Positions 47,674-57,775 of a DNA stretch of 64,000 nucleotides are shown piece after piece. Positions within the stretch are counted from its first letter, which is position 1, and every line of letters begins with the position of its first letter. Below the pieces are notes generated by a model that saw only the letters and a list, made by a program, of their open reading frames with translations, had not been told where the DNA came from and ran no database searches. The DNA comes from a virus: IMG/VR virus record IMGVR_UViG_3300036766_000889. One strand, 5' to 3'. The position numbers and the translations under genes are program-made.

Positions 47674-48383
47674 TCACCCCTCGGGGACTCATAAAACGAG
47701 TGGGAAACTGAGTGGTGCGGAAAACGAACGGGTGTTCCATATCCGATTCCTTGAAGAAATTTTTCACACTCAGTTCCGATGCCGCTAGACTTAAATTCGT
47801 GTTCCTCGATTAAAAGACGGGGAAGATGCTTTCTTATGGTCTTTTTTGCACCACGAAGGACGGATAACTCACCTCCTTCGACATCAAGTTTAATCATATC
47901 TATTCGTTCGTTTATGCCATAACTTTCCATTTCATCAAGAGATATGACTTTTAGACATCCTTGATTAATCTGGTCATCTGAAAAAATATTAGCGTCAGGG
48001 TCAAACCACCCTGACTTTTCGTGTAGACCAAGTGATACGACATGAACTGGAAACTCTGGATTTACGGCTATATTTTCTTCAAGAATTGACCTACAAAATA
48101 AATTCGGTTCAAATGCATAAACAACTGCTCCCTGCAAAGCTGCAGTGATGGCATAACTACCGAATGCTGCCCCCACGTCTAAAACCACGTCACCAGGTTT
48201 AAAATGCCAATGTCGTTCTCGAACTTCTCGTTCATCCACAAACGAAGCATGTGTCGCATAAGCATGGTTATATAAAGAACACACGGTCATGTCAATACCG
48301 GGAACCGTTGCGATCGATGCTTCGTCCATCACAACAATGTTATAGGTTACCCCGTTAAACTGGGCAGTTGTAATCTGTTTCAT
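47658..48383 (-). CDS. FkbM family SAM methyltransferase
   Basis: LDVGAAFG, YAFEP, IKLDVEGGE..VLRGA. Confidence 0.88.
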   Translation of the reverse strand: MKQITTAQFNGVTYNIVVMDEASIATVPGIDMTVCSLYNHAYATHASFVDEREVRERHWHFKPGDVVLDVGAAFGSYAITAALQGAVVYAFEPNLFCRSILEENIAVNPEFPVHVVSLGLHEKSGWFDPDANIFSDDQINQGCLKVISLDEMESYGINERIDMIKLDVEGGELSVLRGAKKTIRKHLPRLLIEEHEFKSSGIGTECEKFLQGIGYGTPVRFPHHSVSHSFYESPRGDQRRC

Positions 48384-48480
48384 AATAAACACTACCATAG
48401 TCACACGGGATATCTCAGTAGCCAAACAATCTACACCGTGTACAAAACGTATCGTTTTATATGAATCGGTACGGCTGGAA

Positions 48481-49083
48481 ATGAAGTTATCCGATGCAGT
48501 AGCTTCGGTGAAGATTGCAATGATGGACGCATCTCAGAAGGCGTCTATACGACGTCTGAACGTCCTCGGAGACAAGTGTAAGTGTAAACCTGGGTGTTCA
48601 GCGTGTTGCAGTAGACTCATACATATTAGTATTGCCGAAGCTTTAATAATGTATGACCATCTAAAAAGGTCAAATACGTGGTTGAAAGTTCGGGAAGCCG
48701 CTCAAAAACAGTATAAAACGGCGTCCTCGTTAAGTGAGATCGCCTGGTTCAATATGAACATATCGTGTCCCATTCTTGATCTAGAAACCAAGATGTGCAG
48801 AGCGTACCCAGTACGTCCGACTCCGTGTTCCGTTCATTTCGTAACGTCCGACCCTTCTATTTGTGATCCTTGGTCAACTTCTGGAGGGACGTTTGAAAAA
48901 ACTGACTTCCCTGAAGTCCATGCTGATTTTATGGACGCTCTCTCAAAAGAACTTTCCGGACGTGGAATATTAGAACTAAGACTCCCATTGCCTGCTGCTC
49001 TATTGTTTGCAGAAAAAGTCCAGGTTCAAAAAGGTTTGACGGCGGATCAAATCATCACGTTCATATCATCTGAGATCGCCTAG
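48481..49083 (+). CDS. YkgJ family Cys-cluster protein
   Basis: CKPGCSACC, CPIL, CRAY..RP..C. Confidence 0.85.
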   Translation: MKLSDAVASVKIAMMDASQKASIRRLNVLGDKCKCKPGCSACCSRLIHISIAEALIMYDHLKRSNTWLKVREAAQKQYKTASSLSEIAWFNMNISCPILDLETKMCRAYPVRPTPCSVHFVTSDPSICDPWSTSGGTFEKTDFPEVHADFMDALSKELSGRGILELRLPLPAALLFAEKVQVQKGLTADQIITFISSEIA

Positions 49084-49084
49084 T

Positions 49085-49324
49085 ATGAATGGTAAATGTA
49101 ATTATTGCGAAAGAATGGGACCGAATCGTCTCGGTGAAGACGATCCGACTTATGTTTGTTCCGGGTGTTGGAATATGCTTCAAAACCCGGTTACAGCTCT
49201 CCCATTCATCCGTGGACACCTAACGTTGGAACTTCGAGGAAAAGTTCCAGACGATCAGCTCAAAGTCCGGATCAATAGGTTTATGGAGGGTATATCGAAA
49301 TGGAAGAGATCGAACGCCAATTAG
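49085..49324 (+). CDS. small Zn-binding protein
   Basis: CNYC..CSGC. Confidence 0.55.
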   Translation: MNGKCNYCERMGPNRLGEDDPTYVCSGCWNMLQNPVTALPFIRGHLTLELRGKVPDDQLKVRINRFMEGISKWKRSNAN

Positions 49325-50005
49325 CTACAATAGATTGGCGTGTCCATCACGAACGACCGTCTGAATTTGTGAACGAATGTCACGGATCGTTTTACTCGAA
49401 ATTTTCCGTCCTCCCCAAGAGAGCGCTTCTCTAATAACATCAGCGTCAGCTCCGGAACGAACGGCACGTAAATAACGCGCCATATCCCACATGCCATGAC
49501 GACGCATGTTCGTTTCTATTTCGTCCATGTACTCGGACATACCATCGCAGTTTTTTTCCGGGGGAGCTTCAAATGAGTCTAGGATGGTACGATTGTCATC
49601 GTGCCCGCTCGGGGTATGTATAGATTCTGATTCTTTGTCGTATCGACGTTTACGATGAACTAGGTTGATGCAAACGTTGTTTGCCACCATGTAAACATAA
49701 TGTCCGAAAGAACTCTTTCGTGAATCGTGAGCAGATCGTGTAAAATTCTTATGTATGATCGCTACATAAACTTCTTGAAGAAGTTCTTCCATAGGTATAT
49801 TATTTACCTTGAAAAATTTATGTACAATTTTAATTATATCTTGACGTTTTGCTACCACGTCAACACCAAGGGCGACAATTCGACCTTGTTCGTCAGGACT
49901 TGAAAGTCTCGGCCATGGGAGCCTATCGGGGCGCTTTTTTAGTGGTTTTCCGGGAATTTTGACGACTCTGGATATTCCTGTCCCGAACTTAGTTTTAAGT
50001 TTCAT
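49325..50005 (-). CDS. phage sigma70-family factor
   Basis: Region 2: EELLQEV....DSRKSSFGHYVYMVANNVCINL; GGAGG RBS. Confidence 0.75.
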   Translation of the reverse strand: MKLKTKFGTGISRVVKIPGKPLKKRPDRLPWPRLSSPDEQGRIVALGVDVVAKRQDIIKIVHKFFKVNNIPMEELLQEVYVAIIHKNFTRSAHDSRKSSFGHYVYMVANNVCINLVHRKRRYDKESESIHTPSGHDDNRTILDSFEAPPEKNCDGMSEYMDEIETNMRRHGMWDMARYLRAVRSGADADVIREALSWGGRKISSKTIRDIRSQIQTVVRDGHANLL

Positions 50006-50192
50006 TCAGCCACCTCCGATGAAAACCACGATAAGGAGTGTCATCACTTTGATGATCTCCCCGAATCGTGTGTAATTTAACATATTGAAAGTTTTTCCAC
50101 AATAAGAAAAGTAAAATTTATACAAATTTGAAAAACGACACTGTGGCATAGAACGCATAGTATACTACATTATGAAATTGGTACGGTAAAGA

Positions 50193-50786
50193 ATGGAAAA
50201 TAATGTTAACCGCCCAGATTTCTTGAAAGAGTGTATGTCCGATGTTGGGCAAACTCCGCTAGATATATTTCAAAAATCATATTGTTTCGTATGCGGTAAC
50301 CGAGAATGTTCCAGAAGTTCCGCAAATAACCTTCAGTTTGACAGGAGGGTTTTGAACTGGAAGAAAGATTTATTCGATGAGGTACCGAGGGCAGATGAAT
50401 TCGATCAAAGATTTGCTCAAATTCGATCAAAACAATTTCTTCCAGCCAATCAATCACCTGCAGTTATTACATCGCGATTTCAGGAGATAGCCCCCGTATT
50501 TAAAGAAACCATCCCCGAAGTGGTCCAAACAGACCCCATTTTAGATCAAGTAAGCCCCGAAAACTCGACACAACCTATGGTAGATATGATCGAAATATCT
50601 ACCATAGATCCGCCAGTACCGGTAAATACTCTAAAGCCGGTTCAACCGATCGTTCAGCCTACTCAGGGGCAGTCAAATACGCCATTTTCACAGGGAACAA
50701 CGCTTCCAGGTTTTCGAAAAGAAGAAACTAAGGATATCATTATAGAGGCGGGCGGTAGCTTTACGTTCGGAGGTGATAATGAGTAA
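50193..50786 (+). CDS. hypothetical protein with Zn site and Pro/Gln-rich tail
   Basis: CFVCGNREC. Confidence 0.55.
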   Translation: MENNVNRPDFLKECMSDVGQTPLDIFQKSYCFVCGNRECSRSSANNLQFDRRVLNWKKDLFDEVPRADEFDQRFAQIRSKQFLPANQSPAVITSRFQEIAPVFKETIPEVVQTDPILDQVSPENSTQPMVDMIEISTIDPPVPVNTLKPVQPIVQPTQGQSNTPFSQGTTLPGFRKEETKDIIIEAGGSFTFGGDNE

Positions 50787-51540
50787 TGATATAGTATGGT
50801 CTAAAGAAAATGCTATATCTAACGTTCGAATTCGGGTCCGTGACTTGTTTGAGATAGACCCCGACATCAGAAAAATTTTGAGTGACGCAGAAAACCCGTC
50901 GGACGCGAGTGTACCAATTCTAGAAATACTCAAAAAAGAAAAATTAAATGAATTGGTATTGGAAGAAGTTCTAGGTGAACTTCTAGGAGAATTAGAGCAG
51001 TATAGGAATTCAGAGCCAGGTTTATATCTGGTCGACTCAAAGACTGGAAAATCTGTTATAAAATTACGGGAAGGCGCAGTTTACCAACCTCCGGATTATA
51101 TCGGAGAAGATGGCACTAAGCGAAGAGCGAAGCCGATTCTCCACCCCGGAATATCTGTTCCGTTAACTATGCTAATTCATGAAGAAGGACGGTTATCCCT
51201 GGCAAAAGAAAAACCAGGGTCGTCAAAAGCCCTGACTGCCGTACTCGATCCTACCTCTATCATTCGTGAAGCAGAGTTTAGGCTTCAAGAAATGGGATAC
51301 AAAGTAGGACCGGTAAATGAAGGGGTTGTTGAAAAAATTGAAATAGGCAGGGAGTACTATGACCCTCTGCAATCAAAAAATAATCAGTTCCATCGTCATT
51401 CCGCGTTCGGTGCCATACTTGCTAAAAAAATAATGAGCAAAATGCAGGATTTCGAAAAATGCGAATTGATGTCGATTGAATCAATGAAGAACTCGAAACA
51501 ACGCTGGTATGAAGTCTCCGTTAAATATGACATCGACTAA
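50773..51540 (+). CDS. hypothetical protein
   Basis: GGAGG RBS; overlaps the upstream gene. Confidence 0.6.
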   Translation: MIMSNDIVWSKENAISNVRIRVRDLFEIDPDIRKILSDAENPSDASVPILEILKKEKLNELVLEEVLGELLGELEQYRNSEPGLYLVDSKTGKSVIKLREGAVYQPPDYIGEDGTKRRAKPILHPGISVPLTMLIHEEGRLSLAKEKPGSSKALTAVLDPTSIIREAEFRLQEMGYKVGPVNEGVVEKIEIGREYYDPLQSKNNQFHRHSAFGAILAKKIMSKMQDFEKCELMSIESMKNSKQRWYEVSVKYDID

Positions 51541-51541
51541 G

Positions 51542-52108
51542 TCATTTGATATTACGTAATCTGGTTCTTTCTTCCGCTATTTGGAATTCCATACACACCA
51601 TCGCTAGAACTGAAGCGAGAGCCCACTGAAAATCGGGTATTCCGATAACCGGCGTATTTTGAACGCCCTCCAAAACTTTTGGTATATCGTCTATTCGGCA
51701 TCTGAATCTGAGTTGTACATACGTCCCCATGGGCAGGAACGGAATGATGTCAGACGGATCAATGAGATATTGAGAGATTTTCTGGAAAACTTGAACAACT
51801 TCATCCGTCCACTGCTTTAAAGCCATGTTGGATCTGATGTGAGGAACATCAATTCCGGCCGCCGCATTGTTCATTCTCTCCGCAGTCAACTGCGGAATCC
51901 AAACCGAAATTGGTTCTTTCACTTTTAGTCTATCGACCCACCCAGATCCTAGAAGTGATGGAGTTATGGCTTGGAGAAGTGTGTGTGGGAGACATATTTC
52001 AAGAGATGCTTGACGTGTCTTAAAATCTTTAGCTTCAAGAATGACATAGCCATGCCCGAAAAACCTTGAGTTTTCTGATGGTTCTGGCTTTTTATCAGGA
52101 CCAAACAC
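51542..52108 (-). CDS. hypothetical protein, possibly a degenerate ThyX fold
   Basis: ..IIPFLPMGTYVQL.. echoes the ThyX AR..LP..T segment; RHR motif absent. Confidence 0.35.
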   Translation of the reverse strand: MFGPDKKPEPSENSRFFGHGYVILEAKDFKTRQASLEICLPHTLLQAITPSLLGSGWVDRLKVKEPISVWIPQLTAERMNNAAAGIDVPHIRSNMALKQWTDEVVQVFQKISQYLIDPSDIIPFLPMGTYVQLRFRCRIDDIPKVLEGVQNTPVIGIPDFQWALASVLAMVCMEFQIAEERTRLRNIK

Positions 52109-52112
52109 TACT

Positions 52113-52394
52113 TCATTTCCAATCTGGATGACTCGTTAACTCTAAGTCGATATCAGTAGTACGAATATTTGGTTCATGTAGTTTCAATCTTGCCCATAGG
52201 ACGTCAACATAAATTTTGTTTCGGCGTGCTTTTATTAGTGTTTGTCTATGTGCCTCCTCTGGTGTTCGGTTATCCTTCATTCCAGGATCGAGAACTGCGT
52301 ATAAAAGTTCATTATACTGAAGTTGAAGTTTCTCCAGTTCTTGACTTGGCGTCGGTTTTTCTACTTCAGGTACTTGTTTTTTTGGTATGTTCAT
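52113..52394 (-). CDS. hypothetical protein
   Basis: GAGGAG RBS. Confidence 0.55.
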   Translation of the reverse strand: MNIPKKQVPEVEKPTPSQELEKLQLQYNELLYAVLDPGMKDNRTPEEAHRQTLIKARRNKIYVDVLWARLKLHEPNIRTTDIDLELTSHPDWK

Positions 52395-52414
52395 AACTTC
52401 TCCTCATCGGGCAG

Positions 52415-52633
52415 TCATCGTTCTATTCTATGTCGCGATTGACTCGCAACCAGTCGTTCAGCGTCAACCACTTCTTCTTCGGTAGCCTCTCGAACTTCAC
52501 CTAAATGATTTTTGATCATGATCTTGCCATCGTGATCACGAAACATGATAACGTGCTCCTCAGACGGTGTGGGCAAGCGAGGCCTATTGTCTTTCAAGGT
52601 AATACTCATTTGGTAACCACTCCTAGACAGCAA
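52415..52633 (-). CDS. small protein with fibre-like MF.D.DG..K motif
   Basis: LPTPSEEHVIMFRDHDGKIMIKNHLG. Confidence 0.5.
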   Translation of the reverse strand: MLSRSGYQMSITLKDNRPRLPTPSEEHVIMFRDHDGKIMIKNHLGEVREATEEEVVDAERLVASQSRHRIER

Positions 52634-52898
52634 CCCATTGATCTTGCTTTTGAACGATAAGATGCAACAACTCTAGATATGCTATTAAATGTGTGCTAAA
52701 CGTAAATGTAATACGCATTTCAGTTGACCAAACTTTGATTTGCTTAAGCGTCTTAGGCTGCTGTAGATACGTAAGCAAAGGAGCACTCCAGACATCCCAG
52801 CGAGAATCTTGTGCCGCTGGTACATCTTTAGATGTTGGTACGGGTATGCCGTTAAGCATATGTGTACTTTTCCTAGTACGTGCACGTTTCTTTATCAA
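52623..52898 (-). CDS. small HTH-like protein
   Basis: ORF in operon. Confidence 0.4.
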   Translation of the reverse strand: MIKKRARTRKSTHMLNGIPVPTSKDVPAAQDSRWDVWSAPLLTYLQQPKTLKQIKVWSTEMRITFTFSTHLIAYLELLHLIVQKQDQWVAV

Positions 52899-52907
52899 GC
52901 TTATCTT

Positions 52908-53207
52908 TCATGTACTACCAGCTAAGACACAAGGAAGGCATAATGTCTTCGTTACAAACCCGTTTACAGTTCGTTTAATCAAAATCTCTTGAGAACTGGG
53001 TGCGAGCCATACAAGCTCTTTACAAGAATCACAAGCCACTTTACCACTACCGAGAACGGGCTCACATTCTGTCGCTCTCATGGCACACATGGTCATTGAC
53101 TGCGAGTCTTCTGTGAAGTCTTGCTCCGGCTTGATTTCTACCCCTAACGCTTCTACCTTCTTCCGTAACAAAAGCTCTTCTTTCAACTTTCTCGTATTCT
53201 TACTCAT
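52908..53207 (-). CDS. small Zn-binding protein
   Basis: CDSC..VW..P..LCLPC. Confidence 0.55.
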   Translation of the reverse strand: MSKNTRKLKEELLLRKKVEALGVEIKPEQDFTEDSQSMTMCAMRATECEPVLGSGKVACDSCKELVWLAPSSQEILIKRTVNGFVTKTLCLPCVLAGST

Positions 53208-53457
53208 ATTTCCGTACTACCTCGTAATTGTCGCACACTGGGCCAAGTATTGTCCACGTTCTTCTTGCTTCCACAAGTCGGATAAATCCAATTGTGCATC
53301 CCAGTACACGAGCACCAGTTCTTCAAGAGAAAGCATGCCAGCTTCTGCCTTCTGTTGAACTGCTGGCAAGTCACACATTTCGTAAACTGTTAGCATTTAC
53401 TTTCCATGGTTTCTCTGGCAAGATTCCAGCCATTTATGGTTTACGGTATGGTCATAT

Positions 53458-53745
53458 ATGGAAATACCAATAACCAACGAAGAAAAATCTGACATGGAGT
53501 TTATCGCTCTTGGACTTTCTAATGAAAGTGTATCTGAAGGGCTTCAGTTCCTGTTAGATAGAGAAAAAAGTCTACTTGAACAACTTGAGACTGGAGAAAT
53601 GAGAGAAATCACACTTCATAACATGACTATTTTACTGGCTGCGGCTGCTAGGATAACGGATCTCGCAGATGCAGAAATGGTAGATGCAGAAATGAAAGTT
53701 GTTTCGAGGTCCATTAAAAAACCCGAAAACAAACCCGATGAGTAA
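53458..53745 (+). CDS. hypothetical protein
   Basis: -10-like TATGGT 5 nt upstream. Confidence 0.5.
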   Translation: MEIPITNEEKSDMEFIALGLSNESVSEGLQFLLDREKSLLEQLETGEMREITLHNMTILLAAAARITDLADAEMVDAEMKVVSRSIKKPENKPDE

Positions 53746-56619
53746 CTAACCAAGTCCGAATAAATCAGCTATTGTCCTAAATCGAGCTGGGTCGACTTTA
53801 ATACCGGCTTCATCTGAAACGAGAATCGTTCCATTCGGGTTTAAAATTCTGAGCAGGGTGTTGCCCTCAGTCAAAATGCAAACCGCATGTAGTCTCCGCA
53901 TATTGTATTCATTCCTTTGAGCTCGAAAAGTCCAGCGAAGAACCTCCGATTCATCATGCTTACCATTAGGGTTTTGAGTGTCAGTCGATTTGCTCGGTTT
54001 TTCGGGCGTTTTAGGGGTAGCTTCCGCACGCTCTTGTACTTTTGGAGTGTCAGAGAATGCTTCAATATCTAGTTTGATGTCGTCAAAATCAATCGATATT
54101 TCCCCGGAAACCTCTGGAGACACTTCTGAAGGAACGTGTTCGGTTTCATCAGACTGATTTGATAATTTCAATTCATCAATTTTAACATCAGGTAAGGCTA
54201 ATATCTCAGGCGTTTTGACTTCAGTGTCGGGTTGGGGTGGAAGCTTTAATTCAGTCTTGACTTCAGGTAGAACGTTTTCAGTAGTGTTTTCAGTCATAAC
54301 TTTTACGTTATCAAGTCTTCTGATGCTAGGCTTCAACCAGTCCGGTATCTCCTGATACATACGACCGTCTAAAAAGTAGTAGCCTTTCTTGATCTTTCCC
54401 GTATACTTACCGTTTTCATCAACACTATTAAGATCAACTGGCAAACCATTAACCATTTCAAAATAATTGTATCTGGCCTTCCAGTTCGTATCGATTCCGG
54501 GTTCGGTTAACAACGGAACCACCCATGTACGACCATGCGCCTTTGGGAGTCTTCCTGGGATTGTCATCCATTCGTCAATTAGTGGGATGATTTCCATCAA
54601 ATACTCAGGTTTGATCTCAAACACGATCTCATCGTGAACGGTTAAGACGTAGCGACAGCGATCCTTCCAGTTACGTGCACGAAGCTGTTTATCTATGTAA
54701 CACATTGCGAGCTTGATTACGTCTGCAGAAGTACTCTGGATCGTATAATTAATAGCGCAGCGTTCTGCTTTCTTTCGGATTGATTGTATCTGGCTTTCAA
54801 TCGTCGGTATCGGGATCTTTCTTCCAAACGCGGTAAGAATATACTTATACTTCTTGGCGTACGCTTTTTGATGGTCAACATAACTCATCAAAACCGGCAC
54901 GTCTGACCGTAGATTGTTCATGTGACGTTGAGCGTCTTCCATCGAACAGCCAACGTTACGTTGAATTGCCCCCGACCCGCCGCCATAAATAAATGCGAAG
55001 TTACAACGTTTTCCGCGATTACGTTCGTCCTTGTTGATTTCTTCTTTTCCAAACAAAGTACGTGCGGTAATACTATGAACGTCCCCGTCTTTGTTTAAAA
55101 AGGAGTCAGTCCAAACAGGGTCTCCAGACAGATTAGTTACGACACGAAGTTCTTCACCTGCATAGTCGAATTTCACTAACGCCCAACCTGGACGTGGGAT
55201 TATGCATGTGCGTATCTGTTTAAACAATTCAGGCTTGTCTTCATCAGAGTCACGCGGTATGCCCTGGAAGTTGACACCCGAGTAACCATTAACGATTTTG
55301 TCAGCCTTACATGAAAGACGTGCTGTATCGGTACCCATTTGGTTAAATGACGGTCGAACGTCGCCATTTTTATCAACCGCTAAGATGAGTTTCTCAACAT
55401 ACGAACCCTTCATCTTTTGGTAGTGACGCCACTCAAGTATTAAATCAAATACACTATCTGGTTTTTCTTTCCCTTCACGTTTCACCATGAATTTCGGACC
55501 GTAAGCACGGTCCATTGACTTTAGTGCTTCATCCTTGAGTGAATACTGTTTTTGTTCCTCATTACCATCGTCATCGTCATCGTCATCATCAGGATCTGAC
55601 AATTCTTCGCCAGACTCACCTATCATCTCCGGAGTAGGTTTTAGCTTCATCCCCTCAGAGTCAGTAATCAGGGCCATGGAAAGTTGTTTCGGAGATCCAA
55701 CGTTCAACGTCAACCATTTGCCGGATCTCTTCGTACGAGATTCTATGACATCACGGATCAAGTCACCAACGCGGTCAAGTTCTAGTCTGCATTCAGTGTC
55801 GAGTTGTACGGCGCGTTCAATATCAACGTGGACGCGATTACGCTCCATCTCGCGAACGACGTTGCAAAAAGACTTCTCGAGCATATATATGCTTAAGTCA
55901 CCTTCTGACAACTTATCACGTAAAACATGGTAGTTTTTATATGTGAATATTCCATCGGAACATCCATATATCAAACCCTCTTTTGGATGTAGAACGGCGA
56001 AGTTCTTAGTGGAACGTTTGTCTCGTTTAAGCTGTTCCACCATTTCTGGCGTGAACAGTTCATCGAGTTCAATCATGTCAACGCCGAAATTTAACTTAGT
56101 TAGCGGCTTAAGACCAGCCGGATTACCCTTCAAAGGCGATATTACTTTCGCCATCAAAAAAGTGTCTTCGTACTCGCCATTTTTCCAGTATTCTTTGCCC
56201 GTTACAGGATATAAGAATTCGGCGTCGAATTTTTTGTTGTGAAAAATAACGCGACAATTGTTAACGAGTCTCGTTAACTCATCCCATGACAGATCCCATG
56301 GTAAATTTCCAGATTCTTCCGGTTCATGAGATAAAGGTATGTAATATCCGTGTTGACCATCAAATGATATGCACACACCAACAATTCGATCTACAGTCCT
56401 TATGCCATTTCTAGTAGTTTTTCCATCATCAAAGTATTCATCGGGATATATGCGATTATCAACACCTGTCGACTCGAGATCGAGCGAACACAGATTTCGA
56501 CTAATGCACATGTCAACGAGTGTCGCAAGCTCTCGGACAGTCGTTACTAGACGGAAACTGTAGTTTTGAAACCAGTCTCGTTGTATGTCGATACGGTCGT
56601 CTAGTCTTTGGAGCTGCAT
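53746..56619 (-). CDS. DNA polymerase family A with 3'-5' exonuclease
   Basis: Exo DLEST and HNKKFD; motif A FDYAGEELR; motif B RNRGKRCNFAFIYG; motif C VHDEI; no 5'-3' exonuclease. Confidence 0.95.
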   Translation of the reverse strand: MQLQRLDDRIDIQRDWFQNYSFRLVTTVRELATLVDMCISRNLCSLDLESTGVDNRIYPDEYFDDGKTTRNGIRTVDRIVGVCISFDGQHGYYIPLSHEPEESGNLPWDLSWDELTRLVNNCRVIFHNKKFDAEFLYPVTGKEYWKNGEYEDTFLMAKVISPLKGNPAGLKPLTKLNFGVDMIELDELFTPEMVEQLKRDKRSTKNFAVLHPKEGLIYGCSDGIFTYKNYHVLRDKLSEGDLSIYMLEKSFCNVVREMERNRVHVDIERAVQLDTECRLELDRVGDLIRDVIESRTKRSGKWLTLNVGSPKQLSMALITDSEGMKLKPTPEMIGESGEELSDPDDDDDDDDGNEEQKQYSLKDEALKSMDRAYGPKFMVKREGKEKPDSVFDLILEWRHYQKMKGSYVEKLILAVDKNGDVRPSFNQMGTDTARLSCKADKIVNGYSGVNFQGIPRDSDEDKPELFKQIRTCIIPRPGWALVKFDYAGEELRVVTNLSGDPVWTDSFLNKDGDVHSITARTLFGKEEINKDERNRGKRCNFAFIYGGGSGAIQRNVGCSMEDAQRHMNNLRSDVPVLMSYVDHQKAYAKKYKYILTAFGRKIPIPTIESQIQSIRKKAERCAINYTIQSTSADVIKLAMCYIDKQLRARNWKDRCRYVLTVHDEIVFEIKPEYLMEIIPLIDEWMTIPGRLPKAHGRTWVVPLLTEPGIDTNWKARYNYFEMVNGLPVDLNSVDENGKYTGKIKKGYYFLDGRMYQEIPDWLKPSIRRLDNVKVMTENTTENVLPEVKTELKLPPQPDTEVKTPEILALPDVKIDELKLSNQSDETEHVPSEVSPEVSGEISIDFDDIKLDIEAFSDTPKVQERAEATPKTPEKPSKSTDTQNPNGKHDESEVLRWTFRAQRNEYNMRRLHAVCILTEGNTLLRILNPNGTILVSDEAGIKVDPARFRTIADLFGLG

Positions 56620-56659
56620 TAAACAACCTTACACCGGAACTGCAACTGTATAATCAAAA

Positions 56660-57775
56660 ATGGATAGGAATTTATATGATGTACTTGGTATTCAAAAGAA
56701 TGCTTCTCAAGAAGATATAAAGAAGGCATTCAAAGAACTTGCTCTGAAATTCCATCCAGACAGAAATCCTGGGGATATATCATCAGAAAATCAGTTTAAA
56801 GATGTGAATGAAGCTTACCAGACGCTATCAGACGTCACGAAGAAGGCAAACTATGACCTTCGTGAATCTTTCTCATTCGGGTATCAAACGAGAGCCAATA
56901 CGAGGTCCGGGACCGGACCGAACATATCAGATTTTAGAAAAGCTGTGGAAGACATGTTCGGAAGGACTCACGGAAGGACTCAGGGTGCCCAAAATACCGT
57001 TTGGGGTTCCCAAAGTACCCAGGCAACGCAACAACCCCAAGAAGGAACTTGGCACCCGTCTCATGACATTCCTGGAGAAGACATAGAGACGAGTGTAGAG
57101 ATAACACTCAAGGAGTCAATTAGTGGGTGCAAGAAACCGATTAAAATACATGGAAACCGGTCGTCTCCCTGTAAATCGTGTGGGGGAACCGGAGGGCAAC
57201 CCGGAGCCAGGACAATAGTATGCTCGTCATGTGCCGGTCGTGGATCTGGGGTGAGCCCGAATGGCATGTCCGCAAGCATCCGAAAGTGCATAGTTTGTCG
57301 AGGTCGCGGCAAGGTACCGCTTGCTTTATGTGAAGCTTGCTTAGGCCACGGACTCGAAACTTACGCGAAAGAAGTTACAGTCAGTATACCGGCTGGCATA
57401 GAAAACGGACAACAGCTTCGTATTTCGGGTCGCGGCAACCCAGGTCATCCACCAGGGGATCTATACATTAGTGTTCGAGTTACAGATGATGGGAGGTTCC
57501 GTCGGAATGGGATGGACATCCATTGCAACGTTAAAGTCATGTTAAAACAGGCGATTCTCGGCGGGTATATATCAATCAATGGACCTGACGATTCAAACGT
57601 GGACGTTAAAATTCCGCCTGGAACGCAACCCGGAGATGAAGTTAAAGTATCAGGAGCTGGAGTTAAAGGTGCACACTTACGTGGAGATTTCGTCGTACAC
57701 GTGACAGTTGATTTGCCGAAAGTTCTTTCTCCACGCGGAGAAAAATTACTTGACGAGCTACTAGACGATAGATGA
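56660..57775 (+). CDS. dnaJ: DnaJ chaperone
   Basis: HPD J-domain, four CxxCxGxG, C-terminal domain. Confidence 0.93.
   Translation: MDRNLYDVLGIQKNASQEDIKKAFKELALKFHPDRNPGDISSENQFKDVNEAYQTLSDVTKKANYDLRESFSFGYQTRANTRSGTGPNISDFRKAVEDMFGRTHGRTQGAQNTVWGSQSTQATQQPQEGTWHPSHDIPGEDIETSVEITLKESISGCKKPIKIHGNRSSPCKSCGGTGGQPGARTIVCSSCAGRGSGVSPNGMSASIRKCIVCRGRGKVPLALCEACLGHGLETYAKEVTVSIPAGIENGQQLRISGRGNPGHPPGDLYISVRVTDDGRFRRNGMDIHCNVKVMLKQAILGGYISINGPDDSNVDVKIPPGTQPGDEVKVSGAGVKGAHLRGDFVVHVTVDLPKVLSPRGEKLLDELLDDR

Noticed and set aside
39742-56619. 2-aminoadenine (Z-genome) system from HD + MazG + Pol A
   Set aside because: No purZ in the window, and an intact Dam methylase suggests ordinary adenine; cannot be excluded genome-wide
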